DNA from: Selaginella moellendorffii
Taxonomy: Eukaryota > Plantae > Lycopodiophyta
Assembly (NCBI RefSeq): GCF_000143415.4
Contig: NW_003314290.1
Span: 1,726,454-1,790,453, forward strand
Length of the DNA: 64,000 bases
Direction of reading: 5' to 3'
Shown here: in pieces, positions 1-11,865 of the stretch
How the letters are laid out: every line of letters begins with the position of its first letter
Position numbering within the stretch: the first letter of the stretch is position 1
Position numbers and translations under genes: made by a program
Notes under the pieces: generated by a model
Told to the model about the DNA's origin: nothing
What the model saw: the letters and a program-made list of their open reading frames with translations, nothing else
Databases searched by the model: none

Positions 1-884
1 GTAGCGGTCAAGAGGATTGGCGGTGGATCGCGGCAGGAGGACAAGCAATTTAAGGCGGAGGTGATGTCGATTGGCAGCATCCATCACCTCAATCTCGTCA
101 AGCTGGATTTTGCCTGCATTCTCCCCACAACTTACTCGTCTACAAGTTCCTCGCCAATAGCTCGCTGGATAGATGGGATTTTGCCAAGGACAAGTACCTG
201 CCCTGGGCAACCAGGCTTTCCATCGCGCTCGACGTCGCTTGAGGGCTTGCGTATCTCCACGATGGATGCCGCGAGAAGGTACTCCGTCTAGACATCAAGC
301 CACAGAACATCCTCCTGGACGAGAAGATGAATGCCAAAATTGCCGACTTTGGATTCTCAAAGTTCATTGACAAGGACAAAACGCATGTCGTGACAGTCAT
401 GCGGGGCACGGTGGGATACATGGCTCCCGAGTGGCTCCACTCTCGTGTCACGGACAAGACGGAAGTCTATAGCTTTGGAATCGTCCTCCTGGAGCTTGTT
501 TGTAGCATAAAGGCCGTGGAGTGTTCCTTGTACTCGGACTCGCAGATGGACGTTGTGTTCCTCACCCAGACCGCTTTTAACAAGCTCCACAGTGGAAACG
601 CCAAGGACTTGGTGGACGATCGGCTGCTCAAAGCCGAGGACGGTGGTGGTTTTTTCTTGAGTGGCTTTGAGAACATCCTCCTGATCGGGTTATGGTGTAC
701 GCAGGAGGATCCCTTGCGGCGACCAACGATGTCTGTGGTGGTGAAGATGCTCGAGGGTGCCATGGATGTGTTGGCGCTCCCTCAGCTGGAGAGACCCGCT
801 GCACAGGATTCATCGCTCTTGGTGAGCAGCAGCGAGAGCTCGGGAGTGCAGATCTCCATCTCGGTTTTGGACTTGGCTCGCTAA
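1..884 (+). pseudogene. Receptor-like kinase pseudogene (kinase domain of a kiwellin-RLK-B paralog; 5' part outside window)
   Basis: Nearly colinear with 44590-45440. Has a 4-bp deletion near 106 (aagctggattttg vs aagctggttggattttg in the intact copy) and an in-frame TGA at 240-242. The C-lobe ORF 327-884 (DFG, GTVGYMAPEWL) is still open. Confidence 0.88.
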
Positions 885-1261
885 GTAGATTGCTTAATAA
901 GTTAATCAAAAGGAATGAACTTTCATTTAAGTATATATTTAGAATCCTAATGAGAAACCGGAAGGTCTGGAGGCGGAAGATCTGGAGGAGTTCAGGAAAT
1001 GGCTGAAGAGATCATCAAAACGGCACTTATAAACATGAATGAAACCACTATTTGGGTGATAAAGTTTTTGGCAAAGCGTGAAAGTTTGTACGTCTTTTTA
1101 TGTGCTGAGTCTTTTGGTATACACACACCACACGGCACGGGACGGTAGTTTGAGCACTTCAGTGTTGCTTTGGCAGTCCCTTTCAATGCCAATGGTTTTC
1201 TTGGCTTGGCCTAGAACAGAAAAATTCTTGCAAGAAAGGATGATAGCGATTTGCTTTTGCC

Positions 1262-1443
1262 AGTCAAAAGCTTTAAGTCTAGCTCGCTTCGCCTGGTCAA
1301 AAACGTCTCTTTATTATTCCAGACGACTCGTACAAGAAAGACCAATGCTCAGGTTGGAAAACCATTTGCTGAGCTTTTTTGTTATGACAACAGACGCGTT
1401 ATACACACATCACACGGCATGGCGATGCGTGGCTCCTATAAAA
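1262..1443 (+). promoter_or_regulatory. Promoter of the 3D-domain gene: two W-box cores and a TATA box
   Basis: agtcaa at 1262-1267 and ggtcaa at 1295-1300 (reverse TTGACY). ctcctataaaag at about 1432-1443, roughly 60 bp upstream of the ATG at 1499. Confidence 0.45.
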
Positions 1444-1498
1444 GGTAGAGCTCCGAGGTCATGCAAGAATTATACAGCGAGCAGCGCTGCGTTCATTC

Positions 1499-2092
1499 AT
1501 GGCTAAAAATCATCGATCTTCCGCTTCTCTTGTGCTCTTTCTCTCTTGCATGGCTCTGGGATTCTCAGTGGAGGCAGCCAGAGAGAGTTTCACGTACTAC
1601 TGGACTCCAGAGGAGAGTGATCTATGCGCCAACGAGGCCTCAAACACAGAAATCAAGGATTGCAATGACAACACGATAGCTTCCGTCTGTGGCAGTTTCA
1701 GTTCAAAAATCCATGAGGAGGGTGCTGGAAAGTTGAAGGACGGGCACTACGTGAATTGTCAAGAGAATTGCAACTGCTACTCCGTGACTGATGGTCCCAA
1801 GGGCAGCCGAGATAACGATTTGCATCTTTACGTGTCTATCGCGGTTCCAGATGAAGTGAAGTATCCCTTTGGATCAAAGCTCCAGATAGATCTGCTCCAA
1901 AACTTAGCGCTTCCCAACGGCAGGCAACACAATGGATGTGTTCGGGTGGATGACACGTGTTATGGATGCAACATGGACTTCTACGTGGGATCTGAGAGTA
2001 ACTACCATAATATTGATGATGAGGAGCTACATGATGCTACATTCTGGGATGTCAAGACTGATAACTGCGAGATCCTAGACTATGGCAGCTAG
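1499..2092 (+). CDS. Secreted Cys-rich 3D-domain (MltA-like DPBB) protein, 197 aa, intronless
   Basis: Signal peptide (LVLFLSCMALGFSVEA) and 10 Cys in the mature part. Motifs TYYW, EGAGKL, SIAVPD..YPFGS, LPNGRQHNGCVRVDDT...MDFYVG resemble 3D-domain (three-Asp) proteins as I recall them from bacteria and early-diverging fungi. TATA box upstream. Confidence 0.75.
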   Translation: MAKNHRSSASLVLFLSCMALGFSVEAARESFTYYWTPEESDLCANEASNTEIKDCNDNTIASVCGSFSSKIHEEGAGKLKDGHYVNCQENCNCYSVTDGPKGSRDNDLHLYVSIAVPDEVKYPFGSKLQIDLLQNLALPNGRQHNGCVRVDDTCYGCNMDFYVGSESNYHNIDDEELHDATFWDVKTDNCEILDYGS

Positions 2093-2199
2093 ATTGGAAA
2101 TGCTTGCACTTGGTTTGCTATTAAGAATAAATCGCACTAATAAATAGCTCATCTATCTTTTTATCTTTTTAGTTGCAAGTCTACGGGCGATTTAAATTT

Positions 2200-2555
2200 A
2201 TTGCTGGCGTCAGGGCTTTCCTGTCCAATTCCAGCCCGCCCAGGCTATTGTGTACGTGACTGGAGGGCTTGCAGACAAAACCGCTTTGGGATCGTATACT
2301 CCTGAGCTCGTACGCTATAGTTTCATTGCTAGTGGAGCGGTGGTCGCACTGGTGCTCTTATCAGGGCTTTTGTGCTGGAACCTCTTGCATCGATCCAATG
2401 TCACCACCGAGCAACAGCAGCAGCAGCAGGAGGAGCTCCTCATGAATGTGCCCCGGCAATTCAGTTACCAGGAGGTGTATCAAGGGATTCCAGAGCAAGG
2501 TGGGTGAAAGAGGGTTTGGGTGCTGCTGGTGGAGAGATTGTGGCAGGAGATGGAG
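2200..2555 (+). pseudogene. Scrambled RLK fragment (kissper end, TM, juxtamembrane, start of kinase)
   Basis: tttcctgtccaattcc..gcccgcccag matches the kissper end of RLK-B. Translation IASGAVVALVLLSGLLCW..PRQFSYQEVY. Multiple internal deletions. Confidence 0.7.
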
Positions 2556-4092
2556 ATGAACATCGTTTGCTAGTAGGTCAATTGTCGACAAAGAACAGAG
2601 GACTACATCAACAGGATGACAGAGTTGGGAAATAGGCTGTAGTCATCCTTTAAAGACGAAGCCACTTCCTTGAATCAAGCACAACATCTTCCAAAAGCAG
2701 ACACGTTCCTTAAGGGGGAGTGACATCAGCTTGTCCAGTGACACATCCAAACGATTCTATAATGATGTAACCGACATGCTATGAAGTTAATTGAGCAAAA
2801 TTCTTACAGGTTGAAACAATCCAATGGCCAATCTGAACTGGCACAGAAGAAACGAGGAGAGGGCACAAGCGCTCACAACACTTGCACGAGTTACAAGAGG
2901 CGGGATGAGATGCAGTGATACCCTTGCTGCTCTAGGATATGTGGCCAAACCATCCCTAGGAAAGACTAGTCTCCACCACCACCTCATTACTAGATTTGTT
3001 CTAGATTCTAATGGGTCTCCACCTCCTGCGTCTCCTGGAAACTGGGACAGTTGGGAGAAGATGCTTAACAAATTCACATGAATAAACTTTGTGACATGGT
3101 GTTCCAAAGCCAACTCATCCTCATTGTTAAGGACTGCTGGGGTATCATGGGCAGAACAGAGCGAGTTGCAATTGCAAGGCGCTATCTATGATTGGAATTG
3201 GATTGGGTGATGAGTACATACACTCGCTTGATTGTGAAGGATGCACATGCAAACTGGGATGCTCTTCTAGTTGTTTTCTCAGCCAAAGCTGAGAATGCTG
3301 AAATGACACTTACCTAGAAATTCCTAAACATATGGATGGACCTGAAAAACTGTTGCGACCTATCTGCAAGTTTTGTGGACCGGGGTGACAAAGCAGAGAA
3401 TCACCGCCTTGGCTTGTTCTTTAGAGGTAGGAGACTCAGCCTCTTTGAGTTCAGCCACATTCCAGGTCAAACGCTTGAGTTGGCTTTGCTGGAAGAAGAG
3501 TTCAAGAACATAATCAGGCCTCTTGGGATGCTTCTTGTGAGCAGGCCCTATACATCAGTAGCAAACCCTCTAGAGACAAGAAGAAAGGGGCATTCTCATA
3601 GAAACCCAACACCTCTTCTTCTCAATCTGGCACAAACATTACCAAGAAAAGAGTGGCAAGATAGAGTTAGGGTAGGTTTTGAGTTCATCAGTTCACAACT
3701 TTTAAAACACAAGAAAAACATTAGTTTGACTTGAACTAACATTTTTTCATGTTTCAAATTTTGATTTAATAAATATAAATATAAATCCAAACACTAAAAG
3801 AAATTTAAAAACACTTCTCAAGCTCTGCAATTTTAAAGCTTGCCTAATGGATATAATGATCAATTTTAAGATTTTGTAATAGATTTGTTTGTAGGCTAAA
3901 TATACCATTCCTTTGTTCTCCCTTTGTTGAATGGGGATTTCATATTTATCCTCCAAAAAACCATAGATATCTGGTTTTGACATGCTTGAAATCAGGAAAG
4001 AGTATATTGGGGGGTAATAACGAATGAAGGATCAATGGAATTAAAGTCTGATTCTGTGCAATTCAAATTAAGGAAACAAGAGTCTGGTTTTG

Positions 4093-6600
4093 TGTAGCCT
4101 GCCACTCACTCCACAAACACATGCTCCCAATCCTTAGTGGTTTTGAACTTTATGCTTTATCCATGGTCCCCAGTCTCATCTCTCCTATATCGACTATGCC
4201 TACCAATGTGAGGGACTTGAGTTCGTCATGAAATTAGTGGAGGTACACTGCCCTTGCTTAATCTCCATCTGTATGGCATCTATAGTTTCCCAGAGATATA
4301 AAAAGCCCTTGAAGATGTACAATCCTAGATCCTATAGTGTAGTGAATTGAGGAAGAGTGTATAATCTTTAGTAATGGTGATGTTGCTGTTGCCTGGAAGT
4401 CTTCTCGTTGCTACTATGTTGTAAGCCACAAAATTTTCTTTCCAATTTGCTAGTTTACCTCATCTATCCAACCAACACTGCTTTAGCTTTAGCTAAATTC
4501 CCCCGCCAAGGTTCCTGCCTATGGTACTAGCTCCTACTTGGTCCTACTTGGTTTTAACTACTCACTACACGAGCAACAGAACATTAGTCATTCATCCATG
4601 GATTCCCAAATCTCTCCCAATCCCCCTCCTCGGGTTAGATTGAACTTAAGGTTTGGCTACACTCCCCGTAAGCACAAGCAGCCAAGCACACCAAGCCTCC
4701 AGATTCCTAACATCCCTTGGTACCAGAAGACTTGATCATGGGACCCTCTAAATCCCAAGTCTTGGGTGCAACACATGCTTTGGGATGCTAGGGTGAAACA
4801 CCGTGGCTTAACAGGCCAATATGGGTACCTCTACCCCCCCACTTCCATCCCAAAGGGAAAGTCCAAGCCCCTAGGAAGGGCGAGGACTAATGAGTTGCAA
4901 GGTACTCAAGTGGGGCACCACTCCACATGAGCCAGGAGCACCATAGTCGGTTTCCCTTTCGGGAATGGGAGCTACTTTTGAGCACTTCCTTAGGTGGCCC
5001 CTCCAGCACTACCCGAGTCCATGCTCACTCCCACCCAAGGCCCCTCGGCCCCAGTCTTAACCTCAAGTCAGTTTAGAAGCACCACTGAAGAGTTCTTTCA
5101 AGACTGATTCCTGAACCTCACTATCTCTACTATACTTTTGGAACCCCTTGTAGCCCCCCCCCCCACCCCTGACCTATATTAGTACTTGGACTCGGTTTCG
5201 GACTCGATCTTAGACCCGACTTCAGACTCGGTCTCATACTCGATCTCGGACCTGATCTCAGACTCGACTTTGGACTCGACCTCGGACCCGGTCTCGGACC
5301 CGATCTCGGATCTCAGACTCTGTCTCGAACTCGGTCTCGAACTCGGTCTCTAAGTCGGCCTCGGACTCGATCCCGAACTCTATCTCGAACTTGGTTTCAG
5401 AGTCGGTCTTGGACTCGATCTCAAACTCGGTCCCATCTGATGAACTCTTTGTCATTTTGGTCATGCTTTTGGGGATCCTTTAGCTTACAACACCTCGGGG
5501 AGTTGGTTCCTTACAACTCCACCACCCATAGAAGAAGTTCAATGCCCACATCGAATATCTCTTTTTATTCTACGACTTGTTGACCATGTCTCCGAGGGCA
5601 TCCCTCCATTTAGCAGTGTGCCTAAGTTAGCTTCCCTGGCCAAGAGCCCATGACAACAGAATATAAGTGTCTCTATACCCCTCACCCCACCATGCCCTAG
5701 TATGGGGTTGGGACTTGAACCTAACCTTGCTTTACTAGGGGGTTGAGACTCGAACCCAACCTTTGTAGAATACGTCTACGGATTTGACATCCCTGTGGAG
5801 AGTTGGGCGTAGTTCTCTATACTTGGTCGACTTAGTTAACCCATGCTAATTAGCTTACCTTCGGCGTGCCTTCAGGTCCCAACCTATGCCATTGCTCAAC
5901 TTCACAAATGGATGCTTTTAATTGAACTTTGCATAAGTATATAAGGTTTTACTTTGCAGAAATTCCTCCACTAGATCTCGCGCATTTGTTAAGTTCTTCT
6001 CCGGTTCCCATGTTATTTCGCAGTGTGGAAATACTTTCCACTTCACATGGAACTCTCTCACCTCGTGTTCTTATCGTTTATTCTTGTGCGCATTGAGGAT
6101 AACCTCCACTTCGTATTCCTCTTCCCCTTGGATAACCTCAGGTAAAGGTCTCACTTGGATCCTTGTCATCCTCATGTTGTAAAGTTTGCAACTTTTTAAT
6201 ATTTGACTTACTGTCAATAGAAGATTAGCTATTCTTTTTGCCCTACTACTTATTCTTTAGCTGTGGATAATCAACATTGTAGTGTCTCAACTTGCTGCAA
6301 TGATGACAACCCTGTTTATAATTCTTCACAAAAAACTTTTACTTCTTTAACCCCTTTGCATCCAAAGTAGCCACCATAAACTTTAGCTTGTGATGCTTGT
6401 TCCCTCATCACAATGATTTTCAATAGAAGGATTGGCACTAAAAGATAAAGATTTAATATCCCTAAACTATGTTATCTTCTTCTTGAGGTTCTTCACCACC
6501 CAACCACCTTTGAACTACCTCAAAAGCTCATTACACTACTGCTTCATTATGAGCCCTAGGATAGACCATGTGGTCAAAGCTAGTGCCTAACAAGTCCCAT
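4093..6600 (-). mobile_element. Degenerate LTR (about 4093-5515) plus adjacent internal sequence, related to the 24377-32012 element family
   Basis: Contains a degenerate (gactcg/gtctcg)n array at about 5188-5435. Ends ...ttaca followed by actccaccaccca, the same PPT-side junction as at 26087. 5590-5790 resembles 27490-27675. Boundaries approximate. Confidence 0.6.
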
Positions 6601-9140
6601 CTATGAGTGTGTATGCTCCTCCAGGGGTGGCAGACTTGACGAAGAAAGGACCAAGCCACTATGGAGAGAACTTAGTAGCAAGGGTATGATCCTTGAGAAG
6701 AACAAACTGTCCATTGGTATTTGCTGCCTGGCCTTGAGTTGACACTTTTCAGTGTGAAGGTGCTCAATAGAATGTCGTCACTGTTCATCAAAGCTAGGAG
6801 ATCCCAGGCTCTAGCCTGAAGCTTGTCATCGTCAGAGAGCTGGAACTCAGCAGCATGTTGCAAAGAGAATTGGAGTGAAGGGACTTGTAGCTCCACTAAA
6901 AGCACAGCTTCAGTCCCATAGACCAATGAGAATGGTGTGGCTTAGATATCTATCTTGTACATCATCTAGAATGCCCACAGTGCTGTTTGTAAATGCTTGT
7001 GCCATTTCCTTGGATACTCATCCACCAACTTGGAGAGGACAGCCTTGAGGATCTTGTTGCTGGACTCAGCTTGCCTATTGAATTGTGGAAAGTAGCTACT
7101 TCTCTTGACATGTTGGATGTGAAGTTTCTGCAAGAGATACTCCACAACTCATCCAAGAAAAGCACCACCATGATCAGAAAAGAGAATAGCTAGAACCCTG
7201 AAGCAGCACATAATAAACTCATATAGGAACTTTGTTGTAGATGTCTCACCTAAGAGGAACTACCTCAATATACTTTGTGAAATAGTCCACTGCCATCAAA
7301 ATATAGCAATGTCCATCTGAGCTTGGGGGAGAAATAGGGCCGATGGAGTCTAAACCCCATTTGAAGAAAGGCTTAGTGGAGACCACAAACTGAAATGGAA
7401 GACGTGGAATACTGTTGTGGGGGTTGAATTGCTGGCACTGGAAACACATACTTGGCTGTGTTGTGGTGAATGGAAGGCCAGTAGAAACCATTTCATAAAA
7501 GAAGCTAAGCTGTTGTTTTGCCTGCAAAGTGTCTAGAGCACGAGTGAAAAGCTTGCAAGAGCTTGGGATTTCAGCCTCGGTGACATAGTGAAGCAAGACC
7601 CCATGTGTGGTGTGGTGATAGAGGGAACCTCCCAAGACACAATAATACCATGCTTGGATCCCCAAAGCTTGCTGCTGTGTCTTGGACATGTGGTCCAAAA
7701 GAGAGCTAGTGTCCAAGTGCTTTGCCACCTTAATCAGAGATGCTGGGACTGCAAACTCCTAAGCCATAGCCACTGTCAACTGGCTAGGGTCGAGAATACG
7801 CTTCTTCTTCAGCCCAAAACAAGGCTTGAACTCTTGAATCACAAATATCCACAATAAATTCCATGGAGCATGAGTGTTTTGCTGTAAAAGAAATGTTAGA
7901 ACATTGTTAGAAACTTGGAAAAAGATATCACTCCCCAGTAGAATGTGTTTGAAACCTTGGAGAGTATAAACCACTTCCACAGCCTCTTTTTCCACCTCAA
8001 GAAACTTGCTCTCGGACTTCCTGAATGAGTGAGATGCAAAGTTTGTTGCATGTGGTTGCTAAAGGCAAATCCCAAATGCCTCATCCCCAACCGTGACAAA
8101 GATCTCAAATGGTTAGCCCAATACCAGTGGTGAGAGAATGGGTGGCAACCTCAATGCTACTTTCAAATGATAAAAAATGTGTTGCTGAGTGTGTCCCCAA
8201 GAGAAAGAGGTGTCATGCTTGAGTACGGCCACCAGAGGACAAGTCAGAGCAGCATAATCCTGGATGAACCTCTTGAAGAATCCCGTCTTGCCAAGAAAAC
8301 TTCACAACTATTTCACTGTGGAAGGAGGAGGTTGCTGGATGATGTCCTAGCACTTGGATGCATGTGGAGAAATGCCTTGAGCAAAGACATCAAATCCCAA
8401 CCTTTGGTGACCCCAAACTTGCACTTTGCTGGGTTGAGTGAGAAATAGTGTCGTCAGCACTGACTAAAGACCTGTTCCAAATGTTGGAGATGATCCTGGA
8501 ACATCTAGGAAGCTGTGCATAAGTCATCCATGTACACACATAGAGCTCCTCCCAAGAGATCATGGAAAGAGTGTGTCATGAATCATTGAAACAGCATTGC
8601 ACAAACCAAAAGGGAGCACATTATAAGTGAAAACTCCCCAAGTTCTGCAAAAAGCAGTGAGTGCACGATCAGAAGGATGAATCTGAAGCTGGTTCAGAAT
8701 CCATCCATAAAAGAATAAAACTGGTGGTAGGCCATTTCGTCCACAATCTCATCAAGGAACGGTGTAGGAAAATGGTTGCAGGCTGTGACCTGGTTGAGCA
8801 CTCTAAATTCTATGCAAAGGTGGAGCTTGCTGTTCACTTTGCATGCTGGGATGACATTGGAGATCCATTGAGAGTGTTCTACTGGGTAAATAAAATCTGC
8901 AGCAAGCAACTTCTTGATTTCAATCTTGATGTCCGGCAAAAGGGAGTTGTTGAATCGTCGCATCTTTTGCTTCATAGGGTACCAGTCCCCATTGAGACAC
9001 ACTTCATGGCAATGATCATCAGGTTCGTCAAAGACTGCAGCAAAGTTGGGCTCTATGATGGTGTTTTGCCATGAAGGTGAACTTGCTTGAGTCTGTATGA
9101 GTGTGTTTTGAGTAGCGTTGTCTTGTTTGGGTTTGGACTC
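6600..9140 (-). mobile_element. Ty3/Gypsy (Athila/Tat-like) pol remnants: RT, RNase H, integrase
   Basis: Minus-strand fragments: RT FIYPVEHSQWISNV..FYSFMDGF; RNase H EKEAVEVVYTLQGFKHILLG; integrase KWGLDSIGPI..AVDYFTKYIE and VYGTEAVLLVE. Many stops and frameshifts. Confidence 0.85.
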
Positions 9141-9259
9141 GGGCGCCAAGGAGCAAGGCTCTGGTGGACGGGATTCTCAGCGTGCTGTCGCGCGGGCGGT
9201 ATGCTAGTTCTTCCCGTGTCCACGGCAATGCATGGCTCCTATAAAAGCTACGTCATATG

Positions 9260-10260
9260 CTTAGGAAAAAGGTAACAAATATTATGAAATTACCGAATCA
9301 TTTCTAAAGTCGTATTCCTCAAGCATCAGATAGGTTAAAGCACTTGGCAGGCACCTCTGCTTCACATGTTCTACCTGAAAAGTTCATGTGTACTTAACCA
9401 ATACATGAATAGTTACTTGAGCAGGATCAATTTCAAAACACATCACATCCTCAGCAGTGACTTCATCCCCGGCAAGCAATTCTTGTTCTATTGGACAATG
9501 ACTTGTTGATCATAAAACCGTGCTCTGCACTTGCCTAGAAGATTTTGCAGTGAGAAAGCTAGACAGGATTTGAAAGAAAAGCTTTCAAATGCCTCCGATA
9601 AAATTCTGGCTCGAGAGATGACATCATCCTTTAAAACCCTCTCCAGAATCTGCATGACAGAGTAAGTTTCACCAATCAAAGTTGCACCATACCTCTAGAT
9701 AAGAAGATTCTACAAAATAACGATTCTTTTTCAGAACTAGTTTTACTTTGCCATAGTTGAGAGTCGACTCTTTGATGAAATTCACAATCTTCTGCCGGAG
9801 CCTTGCTTTCGACAGCCATTCCATCACCGTAATGACTATCTGAGTCTCAAGACCAATGGAGACAGCCGGATACAAAGGATGTGGTGTGAGATTGTACTCA
9901 TGCATATGTTCTGGCCTGGAACAATGTTTCAAAGAAAATACTTGAGTGTAAGAACTTCTCATATCAGCAAGACCTGAAGCTTACTGACACACAGGCTCGG
10001 CAGTCACAATGAGAAAGCCGTATGCTTGCTTGTGTAGCGGAGAAAACGTCTTGAGAAAGATATGGCCATCAGGTCCAACCCAGAGTGGTCTCTTCTTGTG
10101 GTCTGGCTTTAGCTCGAGCTTGCTAAATCCATTTTCCCTGCGGTTTCATGCTTGTCGACTACATACAACATTCTAGTGCCAGTATGGGGATAAAGAAGAG
10201 GAGGAAGAGCAACACAATGATAAAGTATCACAACAAATCCCATCCTTCTTAAGGTTAGAA
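9260..10260 (-). pseudogene. XPB: XPB (TFIIH helicase) 5' gene fragment with introns, copy 1
   Basis: [78 protein letters not shown] match the XPB/ERCC3 N-terminus. Truncated and degraded. Confidence 0.85.
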
Positions 10261-11084
10261 GGAACTAGAAAGAGAAAAAGAGGGGTAGAGAGATGAACAT
10301 AGTCTTCTTCTATGTCGTGAGCAGTAGGAATTTTGGGGTGGGTGGGGGCTTGATAAAAAATTTATTAAGGAAGAGATCTATGTAGCCTTCTTTCACCTAC
10401 AGAAAGATTGAGCTCCCAGAACCCCCCTCTCCCGCTAAATTGATGGCCCAAAGTGATAAAGAAGAAGAATATATCTTTCATAATGCTATGGAAGTGAGTG
10501 ATTGTTAAATCAAATTTTTTTACTTCAATTAAAACTGTTATACATTACGACTGAATCAAAGAGTTAAGTTCAAAGCCTTGAAAATTTTTATTGACTTACA
10601 AAATATTTCACAAATAGGGTTTAAGGGTTTTGAAATGGAGTCTAAAGGGAAAAGAAAAGTGTTTAGTATGAAAAAGCAGAAATGTAAATAACAAGAATGA
10701 TAAGGCAGCATTAAGAGCAACAATAGCGAGAATGGTAGCAGCTAAAGGAACATCAATCAATTGAAGAAAAGGAAGAAGAGTGTTTGAAATTTGATTAGCA
10801 AAGTCATTTAAGTTGCATAATAAAATTTTAAAGACCTTTTTGAAAGGGTGTGCTCTATTAGGATTTATATGGAAGTTACACTAAAATTAATATCATTTCA
10901 GTGGTGACAGTTTTAAAAAGAAAATCTAAAAGATGGGTGGCTACTCTTTTGGGTTATGTTTGAATGGTTCAATTTCCCATGCAGAAAGGAACTAATTACT
11001 TATAAATTTCAAGTGATTCTAAATCCTTCCCCAATCCAGTTCTAAGAAAGAATAAAAAAAAGAAAATAAGTGAATTGATGGAAA

Positions 11085-11700
11085 CTTACCTGTCCAAACA
11101 TCCTCCATGCCAGATCAAGTAAAGCAGCCTCGATTCTCTCTCAAACCCCTCTGGTGGCGGCAGTCAGCTTGCTCTTTAAGATCTAGCTTTTCTTCTGGCA
11201 TTGCATTCGCAATGTCAAAATTCATAAGATCTGCTTCTCCTTGTTCGGCCGAGTTGTGAAGTTCAATTGAACGCTAGTCAGTCGTCACGATTAATGCTAA
11301 AATGTCTGAGCCCAAGTTCACACCTGGAACATCTAGTGCCCGACTGTTCAATAAAACCAGGCAGCAGAAAATTACCATTTGACAGTTAAGATTATAGAAA
11401 CAGCTTTTGTGTGAGGAAACGCAAAACTGTGGCATCTGGGAACGTCAAAGTTCAACTACAGTTGCTTTGGTGCAAGCGACCGAGAAGGTAACCAGACTTC
11501 CAGTGAGGCTGATAGGGGTGTGGACGAAGAGCCTTGATTCTTTGAAATACCTCTTGTTTATCCGTTGGCTAGAAGTAGAGAGTCCGGAAAACTTGGAAGA
11601 AGCGAGGAGGTTTTTCTGGCTTAGCAGAAGAAAAGAAGAATTCCTCCAAAAGCTTCAATCTGACAAATCTAGCTCCTCACCAGACGCAAGAGACTTTGGA
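11085..11700 (-). pseudogene. Unidentified degraded gene fragment (copy 1; copy 2 at about 37630-38250)
   Basis: Duplicated, coding-like minus-strand segment (..DLMNFDIANAMPEE..EDVWT|gtaag donor). Identity not recognised. Confidence 0.35.
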
Positions 11701-11865
11701 CTTCTTCTAGAGCTTTTAAACCACTTTACACGTTTCTGCCATGGATCATCGCAGCATTTCCCTCGGGCTCGTGGTGGTGTTGATCACTTCATTTGCCAGC
11801 TCCACCGCACAGCAATTCTCTTCCTTCTGCAACAAGAGATGTGACTTTGCGCTTGTTTTGGCAGC

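Noticed and set aside
327-884. Stand-alone 185-aa kinase gene (likewise 19783-20454)
   Set aside because: Only C-terminal kinase parts of frameshifted or deleted RLK copies; the ATP-binding lobe is missing.
1499-2092. Microbial contamination as the explanation for the 3D-domain gene
   Set aside because: It is contiguous with plant RLK sequence, has a plant-type TATA box and signal peptide, and its fragments recur in the other tandem units.
2556-4092. Possible additional retroelement (aagggggag-tg junction at about 2713-2722, gag-like decay)
   Set aside because: No second LTR, TSD or convincing protein motif found; left unannotated.
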